From Laetmonice hystrix (taxonomy: Eukaryota), in assembly GCA_965235115.1 (NCBI GenBank), contig OZ249440.1:32862001-32926000 (forward strand): DNA of 64,000 bases, given 5' to 3'. Of this stretch, positions 1-13,052 are shown piece by piece. Within the stretch, counting starts at the first letter, position 1, and each line of letters starts with the position of its first letter. Both the position numbers and the translations under genes were made by a program. Under the pieces are notes generated by a model, which saw only the letters and a program-made list of their open reading frames with translations, had not been told where the DNA came from and did no database searches.

Positions 1-1166
1 ACCTTTATAAACCACTCAAGGTCCAAGACGACCCCCACAATGACACTGTTTTGGCTTATATCTTGAAAATGGAGAATGATAATGCCATAGTTAGTATAAG
101 CCATATCGGAGTTACGAGTGCGCATGCTCCGCGATTCGACCTTGACCAAGGTCACGACTGACGAAACCCAAACAAAAGGCCAGGGAAGCGTGTTCAATGA
201 GTGTCAATCCTACTTTTCCTACTCATTCACGCATTTCATCCAAATTTATTGGGCCCAATCACTAAAAACATTTTTCATAGCGGTAGAACATATTAATCTT
301 TAGGCATGGCAAGTTTGGTAATGATTTATCGCTAAGTTTATTAAATATGACTTTTGATACACAGGCTCGGGTCCGTCAACACGACCCCCTCTCCCCCCCC
401 CCCCTGCCTCCTGTCAGTGCCCTAGGCTCGTCCTGTCTCGACTTTTTGTCATTTCATACTGTTTTCGACTAAGTCTTGGCAAACTACTGCTCCAAAATGT
501 ATGAAATTTATGGCTGAAATCGGCTGTGTGAGGGTGGGGCCGAGCATCGCGGGCAAGCGCGGGGAGAAAGGCATAGTAACGACTAACAAGGTCATGCATA
601 TTTCCAATGATTTATATCTCCAAAATTATGTAAGATAAGCACATATTTACTATTGAACATGGATAGGAAGTCGTATATGAAGTTCCATTTGGTATTTTCT
701 TTTACTCCGAGTGAAGGTCAAAGGTTATTCAAGGTCGCACAACTTTTAAATGGCTTGTATCTCCGTATCAGTTGAAGATATCGCCATAGATACTATTGAA
801 CCTGCATAGGAAGTCATGTATGAACTTTTATTTGACGCCATTTTCCATGACCTCCGGTGATCTATAAAGTTCGAACAAAATCATGCATATTTTTAATGAT
901 TGGTATCTCCAAAAGGTAGGTACGTAAGGTAAGCTAAGGTACGTAAGGTAAGCACATACTTACTATTGAACACAGATAGGAAGTCATATGAAGTTTCATT
1001 TGGTAGTTTCAGAATTTCATTATAGTCCTAATTTTTTTTAACCGCCCCTCCCTGGTCAAATGACGACGACAAGAACAAGCTAAAACAGGTTTTTTTTATC
1101 CCATCTTATGTTTTAGCTTTGCATTGGACGATGGACTACCTTACAGACAACCACCTTCATACCCCA

Positions 1167-1806
1167 CCGTCTTCAACTTTAGCTTTAGCTCTGGCTTCAC
1201 AGACCACCATCTCCAACCTCAGCTTTAGCTCTGGCTTCATAGACCACCATGTCCAACCTCAGCTTTAGCTCTGGCTTCATAGACCACCATCTCCAACTTT
1301 AGCTTTAGCTCTGGCTTCATGGATTACAATCTCCAACCTTAGCTTTAGCTCTGGCTTCATGGACCACAATCTCCAACCTTAGCTTTAGCTCTGGTTTCAT
1401 AGAAAATCGTCTTCAACTTTAGCTTTAGCTCTGGCTTCATAGACCATCGTCTTCTACTTTAGCTTTAGCTCTGGCTTCATAGACCACCATCTCCAACGTT
1501 AGCTTTAGCTCTGGCTTCAAAGACCACAATCTCCAACGTTAGCTTTAGCTCTGGCTTCACAGAAAATCGTCTTCAACTTTAGCTTTAGCTCTGGCTTCAC
1601 AGACCACCATCTCCAACCTCAGCTTTAGCTCTGGCTTCATGGACCACAATCTCCAACCTTAGCTTTAGCTCTGGCTTCATATAAAATCGTCTTCAACTTT
1701 AGCTTTAGCTCTGGCTTCATAGACCATCGTCTTCTACTTTAGCTTTAGCTCTGGCTTCATAGACCATCGTCTTCTACTTTAGCTTTAGCTCTGGCTTCAT
1801 AGACCA
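1167..1806. repeat. 40-bp minisatellite, about 16 copies
   Basis: Unit of about AGCTTTAGCTCTGGCTTCATAGACCACCATCTCCAACCTT repeated head to tail. Confidence 0.95.
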
Positions 1807-1850
1807 GATAAAACAAGGTTTCGTAGACCAAATGGAACACCAGCATTTAC

Positions 1851-1881
1851 CTCAGGGCAATAAATGCCACAATTACGTTGT
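1851..1881 (-). CDS. Possible 31-nt microexon of the SEC14-like gene (QRNCGIYCPE)
   Basis: TTCATTCAG acceptor and GAG/GTAAAT donor. In frame only if exon 8 ends at 2122. It would restore the Cys seen in SEC14L2 DGNPKCKSK. Confidence 0.4.
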
Positions 1882-2114
1882 CTGAATGAAGTAATTAACG
1901 TGTAACTGCCTGATGTGTGACACCGCTGGTTCTAAAACAGAAGGGGGGTACTGTCCTATATATCTGATGGCACCATGGGGGGAGGGGCTCTATTAGTGAG
2001 ACTGAACCATTGAAACCTTTGATGCCTCTGTTACTGAGACTGACAGGTAAAAGAGACCAGTGTTACAGAAACCATCTATAGAAATAACCCCGTTAGAAGG
2101 ACTGAGACACCTAC

Positions 2115-2215
2115 ATTAAACCTCGGATCCTCCATTGTGTCTGCCCGCGTACCTCCCCACCTCGGCGGTAACTGGTCCTCAGGTATGACCTCAAGTAACC
2201 TTTCCTTCCAGTCAC
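2115..2215 (-). CDS. SEC14L2: SEC14-like exon 8 (SDWKERLLEVIPEDQLPPRWGGT...); donor position uncertain (exon ends at 2115 or 2122)
   Basis: CCTAG acceptor. WK..LL..I..DQLP..WGGT is the C-terminal CRAL-TRIO motif. Later exons (GOLD domain) were not found in the window. Confidence 0.85.
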
Positions 2216-2644
2216 CTAGGGTCAAAAGCAAGGCGAGAGATTAGCATGTGTTGGGACTTTAAGCAATCCCCTGTATGTTGCAGTAATCAAAAACCACAGG
2301 GCACTCTCTTCAACTCCTCAGTAAGCACTCTTCTGGCGGAGTTTGACATCATGTTGAGTTTGGTGTGAACGAGTATTGGCGCAGGTCTCTTGTACCACTT
2401 CAGTTTTCCCGTCTTCATTCTCGTCATTGGCAATTGTATTTTGTCTGGGACGACTCGTTTCCAGTGCAGACAGATTTTTAGTGTAATGCTAGTCAAATTG
2501 ATCCCCACCAATTCTAAGCCCCAATTGGGACAAGCAATAAACGACATGTTTTAAAAATGATTTTCTGAATCTAAGGTGCATAACCTAAATCCACATATGT
2601 GAATGTCAGTATGCAGTGCCCAATCAGTAGAGATATCTACTCAC

Positions 2645-2728
2645 TGCCCAGGATGACTATCTTCTTCTTGGTATCTTCACTCAGGAATGGTTTACACACA
2701 TTGAAGATGATCGACCACCAGCGAGGTG
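2645..2728 (-). CDS. SEC14L2: SEC14-like exon 7 (APRWWSIIFNVCKPFLSEDTKKKIVILG)
   Basis: CACAG acceptor and GTGAGT donor; 84 nt. Contains the KPFLSEDTxKKI motif. Confidence 0.93.
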
Positions 2729-2980
2729 CTGTGCACAAAAATGACAGGCATGAAACAAACAGTACTGAAATCATAACTATCAGCTAAGAAATGCTGTTTG
2801 GGCCCAGACCTAGTGCCGGTCCCCCACCATGCAATTTGGTCCCCTTATAAGTAACCAGGGGGGTAATTCAGGGGCACGAGTGACACATGCCCCCCCCCAA
2901 ATCTTGCGGGTTTCCTGATTTAATCAGCAATTTAGACAGGTCGCACCAGGCTTGTAAGAAACCATGAAAACAGCTTAATA

Positions 2981-3838
2981 TATCGGGTGGATAAAAAAAA
3001 ACGCCCCGAACTTTAAACTTTAATATTTCAAAAACTATGCATTATAATTCAATAAAATTTCTCTCAATATCACTTCATGATATTATCTCTGGTATGTTAA
3101 AGTTTCAGCTCAATAGCTTTAATATTAATCCCGTGGCGCTAAAAACAAAAATCAGTGTCTAAAATCGCAATGCCGGAATTAGGTCAAATATCATGCCGCT
3201 GCCAGGTGTCCAATTTGACACCTGTTTGATGCACCGCATTGTATCTTGGGTTTAAAAAAATCAAAATTTAGTTTTTGCATGTTTTACAATATGTATAATG
3301 TTGTGGACCACTAGATTTAATAAAATATGTGCTATTCCTAGTACTTTTAGAGAAAAAGAGATGTTTAATGTGCCAAACCCTACACAGAAACTGCAACCTT
3401 AAGACGATATGACTGTAAGGAGAAGTTCAAGGGAAATCGTATCATTATCACGTTTAGCAACACATTCAGAACGTTGTGTATTTCCCAATGTTGGCAAGAT
3501 ATTTCCCTATCAGAGATCAGGAAGTGCATTGGCTCATGGAAAAAGAGACTGAGAGCAATATGGAGTGAAAACGGGGGACCGATTGACCACCTACTCTAGT
3601 GTGAGGCCAGGGACTCTGGGTGCGACTACCACTCGCTTTAGGCCGGCATTGCGCTTTTGTACAATGACTTTTGTTTTAAGCCCCACGGAAATATTATCCA
3701 AGCTATTGAGTTGTAACATTAACAACTAAGAGACAACATCATGAAGTGATATTAAGAAAAATTTCATTGAATTACAATAATTACTTTTTGAGATATTGAA
3801 GTTTAAAGTTCGGGGCGTTTTTTTTTATCCACCCGATA
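2981..3838. mobile_element. Non-autonomous Tc1/mariner-like MITE
   Basis: TIRs TATCGGGTGGATAAAAAAAAACGCCCCGAACTTTAAACTT, continuing imperfectly for about 200 bp; TA on both flanks. Confidence 0.8.
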
Positions 3839-5776
3839 TAAAAGATGTTCTTACACATGGCTAACATTTTCTTAATCAGGGTTCCCAGCATTTCATGGAA
3901 ACAAAATTCCCTAACTTTTCCCCGATTTTTCCCTGATGGAAGTTAAAAATTCCAGGATCATCATTCTTCACAAGACCCTGATGGAGCCAGGGCCGTCAAC
4001 TGGGCAGGGACTAATTATCTGTCGATATAGGCGCTATGTGTACTTTGTATTTTTGAGATACAGTCCATGTGATAAGATCTTTTATACATAATTTTTAAAT
4101 TTAAAACATTAGGCTTTCTTAAGCCTTTTGGACAGTAAACAATTAAGTATTCAGCTGCCCTGAAAATTTGCCTAATTTTATTATGATAAAAAATAGGACC
4201 AAGGGTCCTGTAGCCTACCAGCAAACAGTATTAGTTAATAAACTAAAAGGACTTTATAGACTATAGAAAAAGCAGAGTGCACAGAAGTTGCATCCGAAAA
4301 TGAAATAAAGTTCTTCATCCTCAGGGTGTGGAAGATGTATAATTGAACCTTTGGAAGCAATATCACGATGTGGATGGTAAGGTGGCGGTCTCAAACATTA
4401 GGCCCTTTGTCATATACTACTCGCAGTTACACAAGGCAACATCTGAAAATTTGTCCAGCCAGGGTTTATGGAGTTTAGAGAAATTTTTTTAGTTTAGAGA
4501 AAAACTACAGCATTGAAACTTACAGGAATCAAAGATTTTAAGACAATGGGTAATTTAAAACCAAAATCTCAGAAATGCTGGAGCCGTCTTCGAGAAATGG
4601 GTGGTTATGTGCTAAAAAGTGCCCATTTTCGTCCAAAAAATGGTACAACTGACGTTGCGCAGCCGGGTGACACAGATTCCAAGGGCGGTCGAGGCAGTTT
4701 GCAGCTTCCAGCCATATTTGTTAGAACCTAGACCGAAACGATCCATAGTGATGAGGAGTCGCCAGGAATTAGGCTTACCGACATTAGGTGTATATCAGGG
4801 TGTATACGGAATTGGCAAGTGAGCAGACCTGTTACGTTTACTACTTTAGGAAGCCTTGTCCAAAAGCGTTAGGGTTTACCATTAGGGTTAAGGAAAGTGA
4901 TATTTATATTACAAACAAAATTCTTTGACTGCTTCACTGTTTTAGATGACATCGATTTACCACGATGGGGACGAGTCGTACAGCCTGCTGGCGGCCAAAA
5001 GGCATCAATCACCCATCAACACGGGCGTGCTGGCACACCCAGGGCCGCCCGCGCCTGCGGCCGACCCTCCCTGTTTGGGTGCTAGGCCTACTCGTCCAGC
5101 CTCTCGTGGGACTGATCTGCCCCCATCAGTCACCCACCCCTACTGGCCGCCTCTAGCCTAGCCCTAGGCTCCCGGTCTGCTTGCTTCCTTTCAGACAGCA
5201 GCATGTGCATGCACAAATAAGACACTGTGACGTCAATGGACTTTCAGACAGTACCACAATGGCGTCACTGCTTAAACCCGTGATTTCGACACAATTGTCA
5301 TGTTTGACATGGGACTTCTTGGAATGGAGGGGGACATTCATTTCCAACCACTACTATTGAAGGCAAGTATACACCTTGCGGCTGTCCAAATGTAATTTTT
5401 GACAAGATTTGCCTTTAAGTGGACACCCTTCCCCCACGGAAGACAAGGTAGAAGCCCCTGCCCCTTCTGGTTGGGGGTTAAAAACTTACCAACTTCACTG
5501 ATCATCACAATAATAAAAGTCAGATTCCATCACAATAAAAAAAGTCAGATTCCAGCAATCTGTAGAAAAGTCCCTTGGCTGAACTAAGCATGGGCCAAAA
5601 CGAAGAATGTCTTTTCTATATATTCATGCAAATTCTATTTCAATTTGGTTCTTTTTTTACCTTTCCCTATTTAAACAGTACCATAATCTTAGATTTTACA
5701 AATGAATAAAAGTTTATTTATTGAAACAATTTCCATAACTTCCATTTGTAATTGAATGTAAATGTATCAGACTAAC

Positions 5777-5933
5777 CGTTCACAATGTAGCATGTTTTGA
5801 GGACCTCAGGGTAGTTAGCCTCAATGATGGCCATGATTCGGAGCAGGACGTCCATGCCAGGCTGGAGCAGCTTCTTCATCGTGAAACCATCAAAGTCATC
5901 AATCAACACAATCTGCTCTACTTGCCGGCCCAA
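5777..5933 (-). CDS. SEC14L2: SEC14-like exon 6 (LGRQVEQIVLIDDFDGFTMKKLLQPGMDVLLRIMAIIEANYPEVLKTCYIVN)
   Basis: TTCAG acceptor and GTTAGT donor; 157 nt. Contains the hallmark CRAL-TRIO NYPE motif. Confidence 0.93.
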
Positions 5934-6933
5934 CTGAAGTCAACAGAACATCCATGTCAATTTAATATATTGCATACCTTCCAACATTGGAAAACCAGAA
6001 ATCTGAAAACTACCTGCGAGGGGTCCTGGCAGGCCCCCTTTGAGCTGCTGGGTTTTAGGCATTTTTAAAGCTAAGGAAAGGCTGTTTTGACCCTTAAATA
6101 AATTGAAAATCAGAAAATCGAAGTCATGCACTTGCATATCGCTGTTGCTAACGTCACAAATCTCTCAGCAGAGATCACTGTTCGCTACAACATCGCGACA
6201 CAGTGAGTGTAAACCGGATGGAGCTGTTGTTTACATTTACTGCTTCATCAAAGTCATACGCAAACACTGGATTTTTTGACACATATATAATAAATGCTCC
6301 TAATCACGTTTCAAACATATCATGTGGTGACTTAAAAGTGTTTTTGCTTCGTTTTGTCTTGTGGAGGTGCCTTTGCCACCGACGATTCTGATGCCCTCTA
6401 ATGTTAGACTGTGGCATCTATGCTCGACCGTATGTCAACTGTCAGTGGGATGTACGGATGGAAGGAGCCATCCTACTTTGTATTTGGCGCTTTTTAGGGA
6501 TTTTTGCCCATGCAATTCTTAAAAGAGGCAATATGGCAATATCAGTATTTACATGCCAGATAAATGGATTGATTAATTTAGGAGTCGTTATGACAGTTTA
6601 ACTACAGGGTCAGAGATGTCTTTATTTTGGCCTCGGTTTACGACACCATCGTACAGGTTTTAACGCACGACATGGGTTGTGAAACGCAATTTGTCATTAT
6701 TTGACAGTCTACAACAAACTTAATGCACGACAAGGGATGAGAAACGGGCCCCAGCGTCCCCAAACACGTTAGTGTTTCAGTGCCTGCCTAATGAGCACAC
6801 AAACGATCAGTATTATGCCATAATCATGGAGACCTTTCATTGCACAACTTGGCCATTCTGCAATGTCCCAACTCGAAACTTAGATATGGAACATGAATTC
6901 TCTTACCCAGCTCCAACTCCTAACCACAGCCCG

Positions 6934-8170
6934 TTTGTCTCCCAGTTTTGGTCTGACCATATCCCAGCCCCTGGTTGTCTCCCAGTTTTGGTCTGACCAT
7001 ATCTCAGCCCCTGGTTGTCTCCCACCTTTGTCTGACCATATCCCAGCCCCTGGTTGTCTCCCACTTTTTGTCTGGACATATCTCAGGCCCTGGTTGTCTC
7101 CCACTTTTTGTCTGGACATATCTCAGGCCCTGGTTGTCTCCCAGTTTTGGTCTGACCATATCTCAGGCCCTGGTTGTCTCCCACCTTTGTCTGACCATAT
7201 CCCAGCCCCTGGTTGTCTCCCACTTTTTGTCTGGACATATCTCAGGCCCTGGTTGTCTCCCACTTTTTGTCTGACCATATCTCAGCCCCTGGTTGTCTCC
7301 CACCTTTGTCTGACCATATCCCAGCCCCTGGTTGTCTCCCACTTTTTGTCTGGACATATCTCAGGCCCTGGTTGTCTCCCACTTTTTGTCTGACCATATC
7401 TCAGCCCCTGGTTGTCTCCCACCTTTGTCTGACCATATCCCAGCCCCTGGTTGTCTCCCACTTTTTGTCTGACCATATCCCAGCCCCTGGTTGTCTCCCA
7501 CTTTTTGTCTGGACATATCTCAGGCCCTGGTTGTCTCCCACTTTTTGTCTGACCATATCTCAGGCCCTGGTTGTCTCCAACTTTTGGTCTGACCATATCT
7601 CAGGCCCTGGTTGTCTCCCACTTTTCGTCTGACCATATCTCAGGCCCTGGTTGTCTCCCACTTTTTGTCTGACCATATCTCAGGCCCTGGTTGTCTCCAA
7701 CTTTTGGTCTGACCATATCTCAGGCCCTGGTTGTCTCCCACTTTTCGTCTGACCATATCTCAGGCCCTGGTTGTCTCCCACTTTTCGTCTGACCATATCT
7801 CGGGCCCTGGTTGTCTCCCACTTTTTGTCTGACCATATCTCAGGCCCTGGTTGTCTCCCACTCTTTGTCTGAACATCTCTCAGGTCCTGGTCGTCTCCCC
7901 CTTTCTGTCTGAACACATCTCAGGCCCTGGATGTCACACTTTTTGTCTGACCATATCTCAGGCCCTGGTTGTCTCCCACCATTTGTCTTAGATCTCAGGC
8001 CCTGGTTTCTCCCAATTTTGTCTGACCATATCTCAGGCCTGGTTGCTTCCCACTTTTTGTCTGAACACATCCCAGGCTCTGGTTTTTTCCCACTTTTTGT
8101 CTGAACACATCCCAGGCTCTGGTTGTCTCCCACCTTTTCCCTGAACCTACCTCAGCCCGTGGCTGTCCCT
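6934..8170. repeat. 39-40-bp minisatellite, about 30 copies, intronic
   Basis: Unit of about CTGACCATATCTCAGGCCCTGGTTGTCTCCCACTTTTTGT, degenerating toward 8170. It explains the spurious repetitive ORFs here. Confidence 0.95.
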
Positions 8171-8207
8171 CATCTTTTGCCTAAACCTTTCCAAAACACC
8201 CTCTTAC

Positions 8208-8302
8208 CTTCTTTGACTGAACTCCAAGTAAGGAGCAGGTCGTTTCAACCTTGGCCACATTGTACAATATGATGTCTGACTTCTTTGCCGATAACGTCAA
8301 AC
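8208..8302 (-). CDS. SEC14L2: SEC14-like exon 5 (GLTLSAKKSDIILYNVAKVETTCSLLGVQSKK)
   Basis: AG acceptor and GTAAGA donor; 95 nt, phase 1 to 0. Aligns with GLLFSASKQD...QTTK. Confidence 0.88.
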
Positions 8303-8833
8303 CTTCAATAGTAGGAAGAACATCTAAACTGTACAGTCATGAACATACATATGACAGACTTATGACTGATTTAAGACAGGAGAGGGGGGACATCTTTACA
8401 AGAACTTTGTGCATCGGACATAATAAAGAAAACATCTATCAAGTTTATGATATTCATTTGCTTGCTTGAGGACTTACCTACCAGCCAATAAACAGTTGGA
8501 ATTAAATCTGAGACTCCATGTCTTGTCATATGCTATCTAAGAAACAATGAAGATCAGGGCCCATATTCATGAAAGCTTTAATAATACTGGGCTTAGTTGG
8601 TTACTAACATAACGTTTAGTTGCCATCTACACTTTGTTAGTTGCCAATTGTTATTCACAAAACTTTTCCAGTTTGGGTGCCTTAAATCTGAACACCAGCG
8701 TTTCCAGGCCTCCAAAGAAATAATTGTACATGCTGCACCTGAGCACTTTAACCATAACGGAATTACATTTCACAATACTTTTCAGAAGTAAATTCAATAT
8801 ACACCAAAAATATGTCATGATGATGGTCAGCAC

Positions 8834-8990
8834 CTTTCATATCCAGTCCACCTGATGGCGTCACCCATATTGGACAGCCTTCTTTGTCAAAGCCTGCAAG
8901 ACCCCCAGGGAAATATTTCTCCAAGACATCTGGAGACTTGAAGTCTGTTAAAATGTTGTCAATGTTGTGTTTTTTCCTCCAATGCATATG
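8834..8990 (-). CDS. SEC14L2: SEC14-like exon 4 (HMHWRKKHNIDNILTDFKSPDVLEKYFPGGLAGFDKEGCPIWVTPSGGLDMK)
   Basis: TTTTTTGCAG acceptor and GT donor; 157 nt. Contains the CRAL-TRIO entry motif G-x-D-x-x-G-x-P-x-W...LD-x-KG. Confidence 0.92.
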
Positions 8991-10579
8991 CTGCAAAAAA
9001 GCAGATACATATCACTGAGAAGCAATCAATATGGACGAGATAATTGTTTCTAGGACCTTGGGTCAGAAATTTGTTGTCCTACTCCAATCAGGGGGGCCGG
9101 GGAAGCAGGCGGCTTCAGAGCTATACAAATTTTCAATAGATTTTTTTTTAAATTTCCAATAGATTTGCCGCTAGCAAATTTCCAATAGATTTGCCGCTAA
9201 ATATGTCTATACCCATTGGTGTAGCTAGGGGGGTTTGAGAGGTTCGGACGAAGTACATTGCGGGGCACTAGAAAATTAACCCACATCCAATCAACTGTTT
9301 CAAACTGCTGTCACTAGTCGCAGAGAGTATAAACCTGTGTGTATAGTCGTCTGGGGGCCTTACATGTAGGCCTATGCAGTGTAGGTCTACAGTGGTAGGC
9401 CTACAGTGGGCGAGGTCAATGTTATAGTTAACATGTACAGTAACATGTAAAGTTTAGTTAACTATATCCTAACTACAATTCATTTTTTTTAAATAAATAT
9501 TTTATGTATAAAATCATCGTGATTGTTTCTTTGATAAATATAATACATGTTACACTTGATGACCATGCATCAGGTTCACTTTAAAGAATAAAATCTTTGT
9601 GTTTATATGATCCTCATCATTTCTTTGATAAATGTAAGTCACATCAAAAGAAATCTTAATATGAAACAGCAAAGATGTAAAGTCACAGGGAAAAAATCTC
9701 TTTCATTCTGCCAATACTTAGAAGAAAAAGTGCTCAACCTTCCATCCAGCTTTTTGGTATATCAGGCCCATTCACATCACACAGCTTGCACCAGTATTGT
9801 GGGAGTGTGCCACATTGGCGCAGGCACACCGTGAAATTAGCGTCAGTAGAAAAAAACATGCGTGAATTGACACAAATGCGCGGCCTGTAATGAGCACTGC
9901 ATGTATTACAAAATGATGATTTCCATCCAGGTCAAACCCCTCCCTCCTCCTTAAAAAAGCTGGCTACACCAGTGACTCCTGAGTATAAAGGCGACATTGC
10001 AGCATTTGCTTCTTCATGACCTTCGTACCGTGAAGAAGGACTACTGCAGTTTGATTGGCCCACGACAGTCCATCTAGTGGTAATCCCTCTACTCCACCAT
10101 GCATGGGTTGCATGGGTTTCTATGTATGGCATGGGAGAAAATGTCACTTCTAGAAGTAGCTGTGCGACTTATCACAGTGAAGTGTGATACAATCTTTTTA
10201 TGATAAATAGCAAGCTTACTTCTCATCAAAGTCCTCATGAATTTCCAAACTGCACCACAAATTCAGACACATGCTATGCATTCATGTTTCAATATTTTTA
10301 GCAATAACTACACTGCAAATTTTACAGTGTAATTTATGCCCTGCTGTGCCATACATCTAGGTTTAGATTTTTACTTCTCGTCCACAGACTAAGTAAAGAG
10401 TAAGGCGACAACAGTGAGGATCACCGCCTATTTAACCTACCGGGTAACTTACCGGTCTACTCTAGTGTTACTCACAAGCTTCTTATAACACTTCCACTGG
10501 ATCAATCGATGAGTCACTGCATTCATTCTTTTATTGGACATCAAGTGTTTTCAAACATCACTGGTCCTGCCTTACCTAC

Positions 10580-10623
10580 CTTACGCAGCATGTCTTCTGA
10601 CTTCACTAAGTCAAAGGCTCGAG
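10580..10623 (-). CDS. SEC14L2: SEC14-like exon 3 (ARAFDLVKSEDMLRK)
   Basis: CTTTCAG acceptor and GTAGGT donor; 44 nt. Near-identical to SEC14L2 ARSFDLQKSEAMLRK. Confidence 0.92.
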
Positions 10624-11586
10624 CTGAAAGATATTGATAGAATTGATGACCGAGTGAATAGAACATCCAACATAGCCACAAGATGCAGGTACAAATAGAA
10701 TTTCTGTGCACTCTGATATGGGCCAGGGTTACCTACTGATAAATGTACTAATGTTTTACCATAAAAATACTTTTTGTTATACTAGCAACAGGGATGGCCC
10801 TTCAATATGAATACTTGCCACAGAAAAATTATGGTAAATTATAAAAAAAATTGCCCTGAATAGTTTCCTGGTTAGTTATTAGACCTATACTCAGTCATGA
10901 CGTCATTAGACCAGGGCAGTGCTCGAAAAATATCTACAAACTTCACTTGCCCTTTGGGAAAGCAGCAGCCATGAGACACTTGCCCCAGACAGTATTTCAC
11001 TTGCCCCAAAATCCCTTAAAAGAAACGACCACCGCCAATGTGTACAGGCCAGACACACAGGCCGTGAACTTCTAAGCAAGTTAAAAAAGATTTGAACACA
11101 ATCGGTGCTTAAATATTTAAGATATAAGCACTTTAGCCTGCTGAGAGCCTGCTGGTGGAGGCCGCCATAGCGGCCGTCTGCTCGTTGGGCTAAACCCAAA
11201 TTGCGCATGCTTGACCTAGGCCTGACCAATCACAGCACGACTGCTGTCCAGTTTGGGAGAAACTAAAAACTGATGCACGTGTGTTGAACAATTCGGAAGG
11301 TAGCGAACGTTGACAGCTTACATGCTATATTTCTTAGAACATAGACAAAAACCAGCGATATTGATGATGAATGGCTACAAATTAAGCCTACCGATATCCG
11401 GATGTATAGATATATCAGGGTGGACACGAATCGGGGCAGCCATGGGTTTCGGCCGCCTGCATTCAATTCTTCCAGCTTGGAGGTGTGATGTTGACGGAGT
11501 TCAGCCCTGCTGCCGCTGGGCCCCCACTCTGACTACAACCGGGCACTGAGATCCGGGCAGTGTCAGCACAGACCTGTTGTTTAACT

Positions 11587-13052
11587 CAGGGATGAAAGTG
11601 GCCAGCTGTAAAATTTCCTGAAATTCTGACCAGGCGGGGGGGGGAGCGGCGGGGGCCAATGTCCATAATTAATATTTGTTCATGCGCACATCCAAGGCTT
11701 ACCCCCCCCCCCTTAAAAAAAGTCAGGCTAGGAACAGCAGACAATCATGATCCGATAAGGCCTCCTAGCTATTATATATATTATAGGGCCTAGCCCTCAG
11801 TATTTAGTCGCCACCCCCACCCCCCCCCCCACCCCCCCAACCCTGCAAATTTGCTGGATAGACTCCATCACTCATCAGTCCATGCCCCTGTTCAAGGCTG
11901 TTGCTTGCCTGTCACTCAGTCACAGTCAGTGTCAACCTCTGCCTGGCTCTGCCGTCTCTCTCCAACATTGGAATCCAGTCGGCTTTTAGCGTCCAAAATG
12001 CACCCGATTACGTTGTCAAACAGCTTCCATGTGTTAGACTGACCACACAGGCTGTCCATCAGTCTTGACCCTCAGCAGTCACGACCCTCAGCGGCTCTCA
12101 GCCAAGCAACACAGTCGCTGAGTGGAGTGGTTCAGCCCGTGTGTCCATGTGCCACTCATGTGGTTGTAAATATTGTCACTTCCGGTCTTATCAGGACACC
12201 TGCACTGATCGACAAATGTAATGAAAAGTCCTGACAACCCCAAAACTTCAGTGAAAACCACTTACGTAATGCCATTATCCTCAAATTTATATGCAAGAAA
12301 ACATTATGAGAACTTACTGACATATATACTAGGCAGATTCATAGAACTAAATTGACCCAGTTTCCTGTGAGGAGTGACATTGTGATGGTGCGTAGTTCGT
12401 CAGCCTAATCACTATCACCGGGACTAGACAGACCGGTCTGTCTATAGTCTCGTTGCTATCACTAAGTGAGCGCTTAGTCAAAACTCGCGCATGGATATGG
12501 CATAATGGCAAGCCTGAATCAACGGGCTTCGCAGCTCCCTGACCATCAGTTTTGCCTGAAGTCATTACCTGAGGTGAGTCGCTCTCACCACAGCGACACG
12601 GGGCCGTGCCTGCCAGACGGGACAGACGCCACCGCGTGCCGGTAGAAGTCAGCCCACGCGGGCCGGTCTATGTGAGCAATGTGACCACAGCTACAGGGAC
12701 CGCGGGTGGTACACCATCACCCCCGGCAGACCGGCCTATGCACGGCGGCACCCATGACACTGGACGGGTTTGAGACACTCTAATATCCCCATCTATAAAC
12801 GAACTTTGGCAGGTAGAGATATATTGAGCTGCATGGTGTTAAAAAACGTCCTGGAAGGGGATATTGTTTCATTTGATATTAACAAATAAAATTGCCCACC
12901 ACACAGTCCAGGGCAATACTTAGCCTTGGCTTAGGCCTACCTCTTTTGCCTATAGATCTAGGCCTATTTCCTTTTTTGGGTGTTATTTCTTGGGGGGGGG
13001 ATTTTTTCAAATTTCCTGATTTCAGGAAATTTCCTGAAAACTTTTATCCCTG
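11587..13052. mobile_element. hAT-like non-autonomous element with 6-bp TSD
   Basis: Termini CAGGGATGAAAGT...ACTTTTATCCCTG with subterminal AAATTTCCTGA motifs; TTAACT directly repeated on both flanks. Confidence 0.65.

Noticed and set aside
1167..1806. CRISPR-like look of a constant ~21-nt block alternating with a variable ~19-nt block
   Set aside because: The variable parts are minor variants of one sequence, the context is a eukaryotic intron, and there are no cas genes. It is a minisatellite.
6772..8133. Many overlapping ORFs up to 166 aa
   Set aside because: They are translation artefacts of the 39-40-bp tandem repeat.
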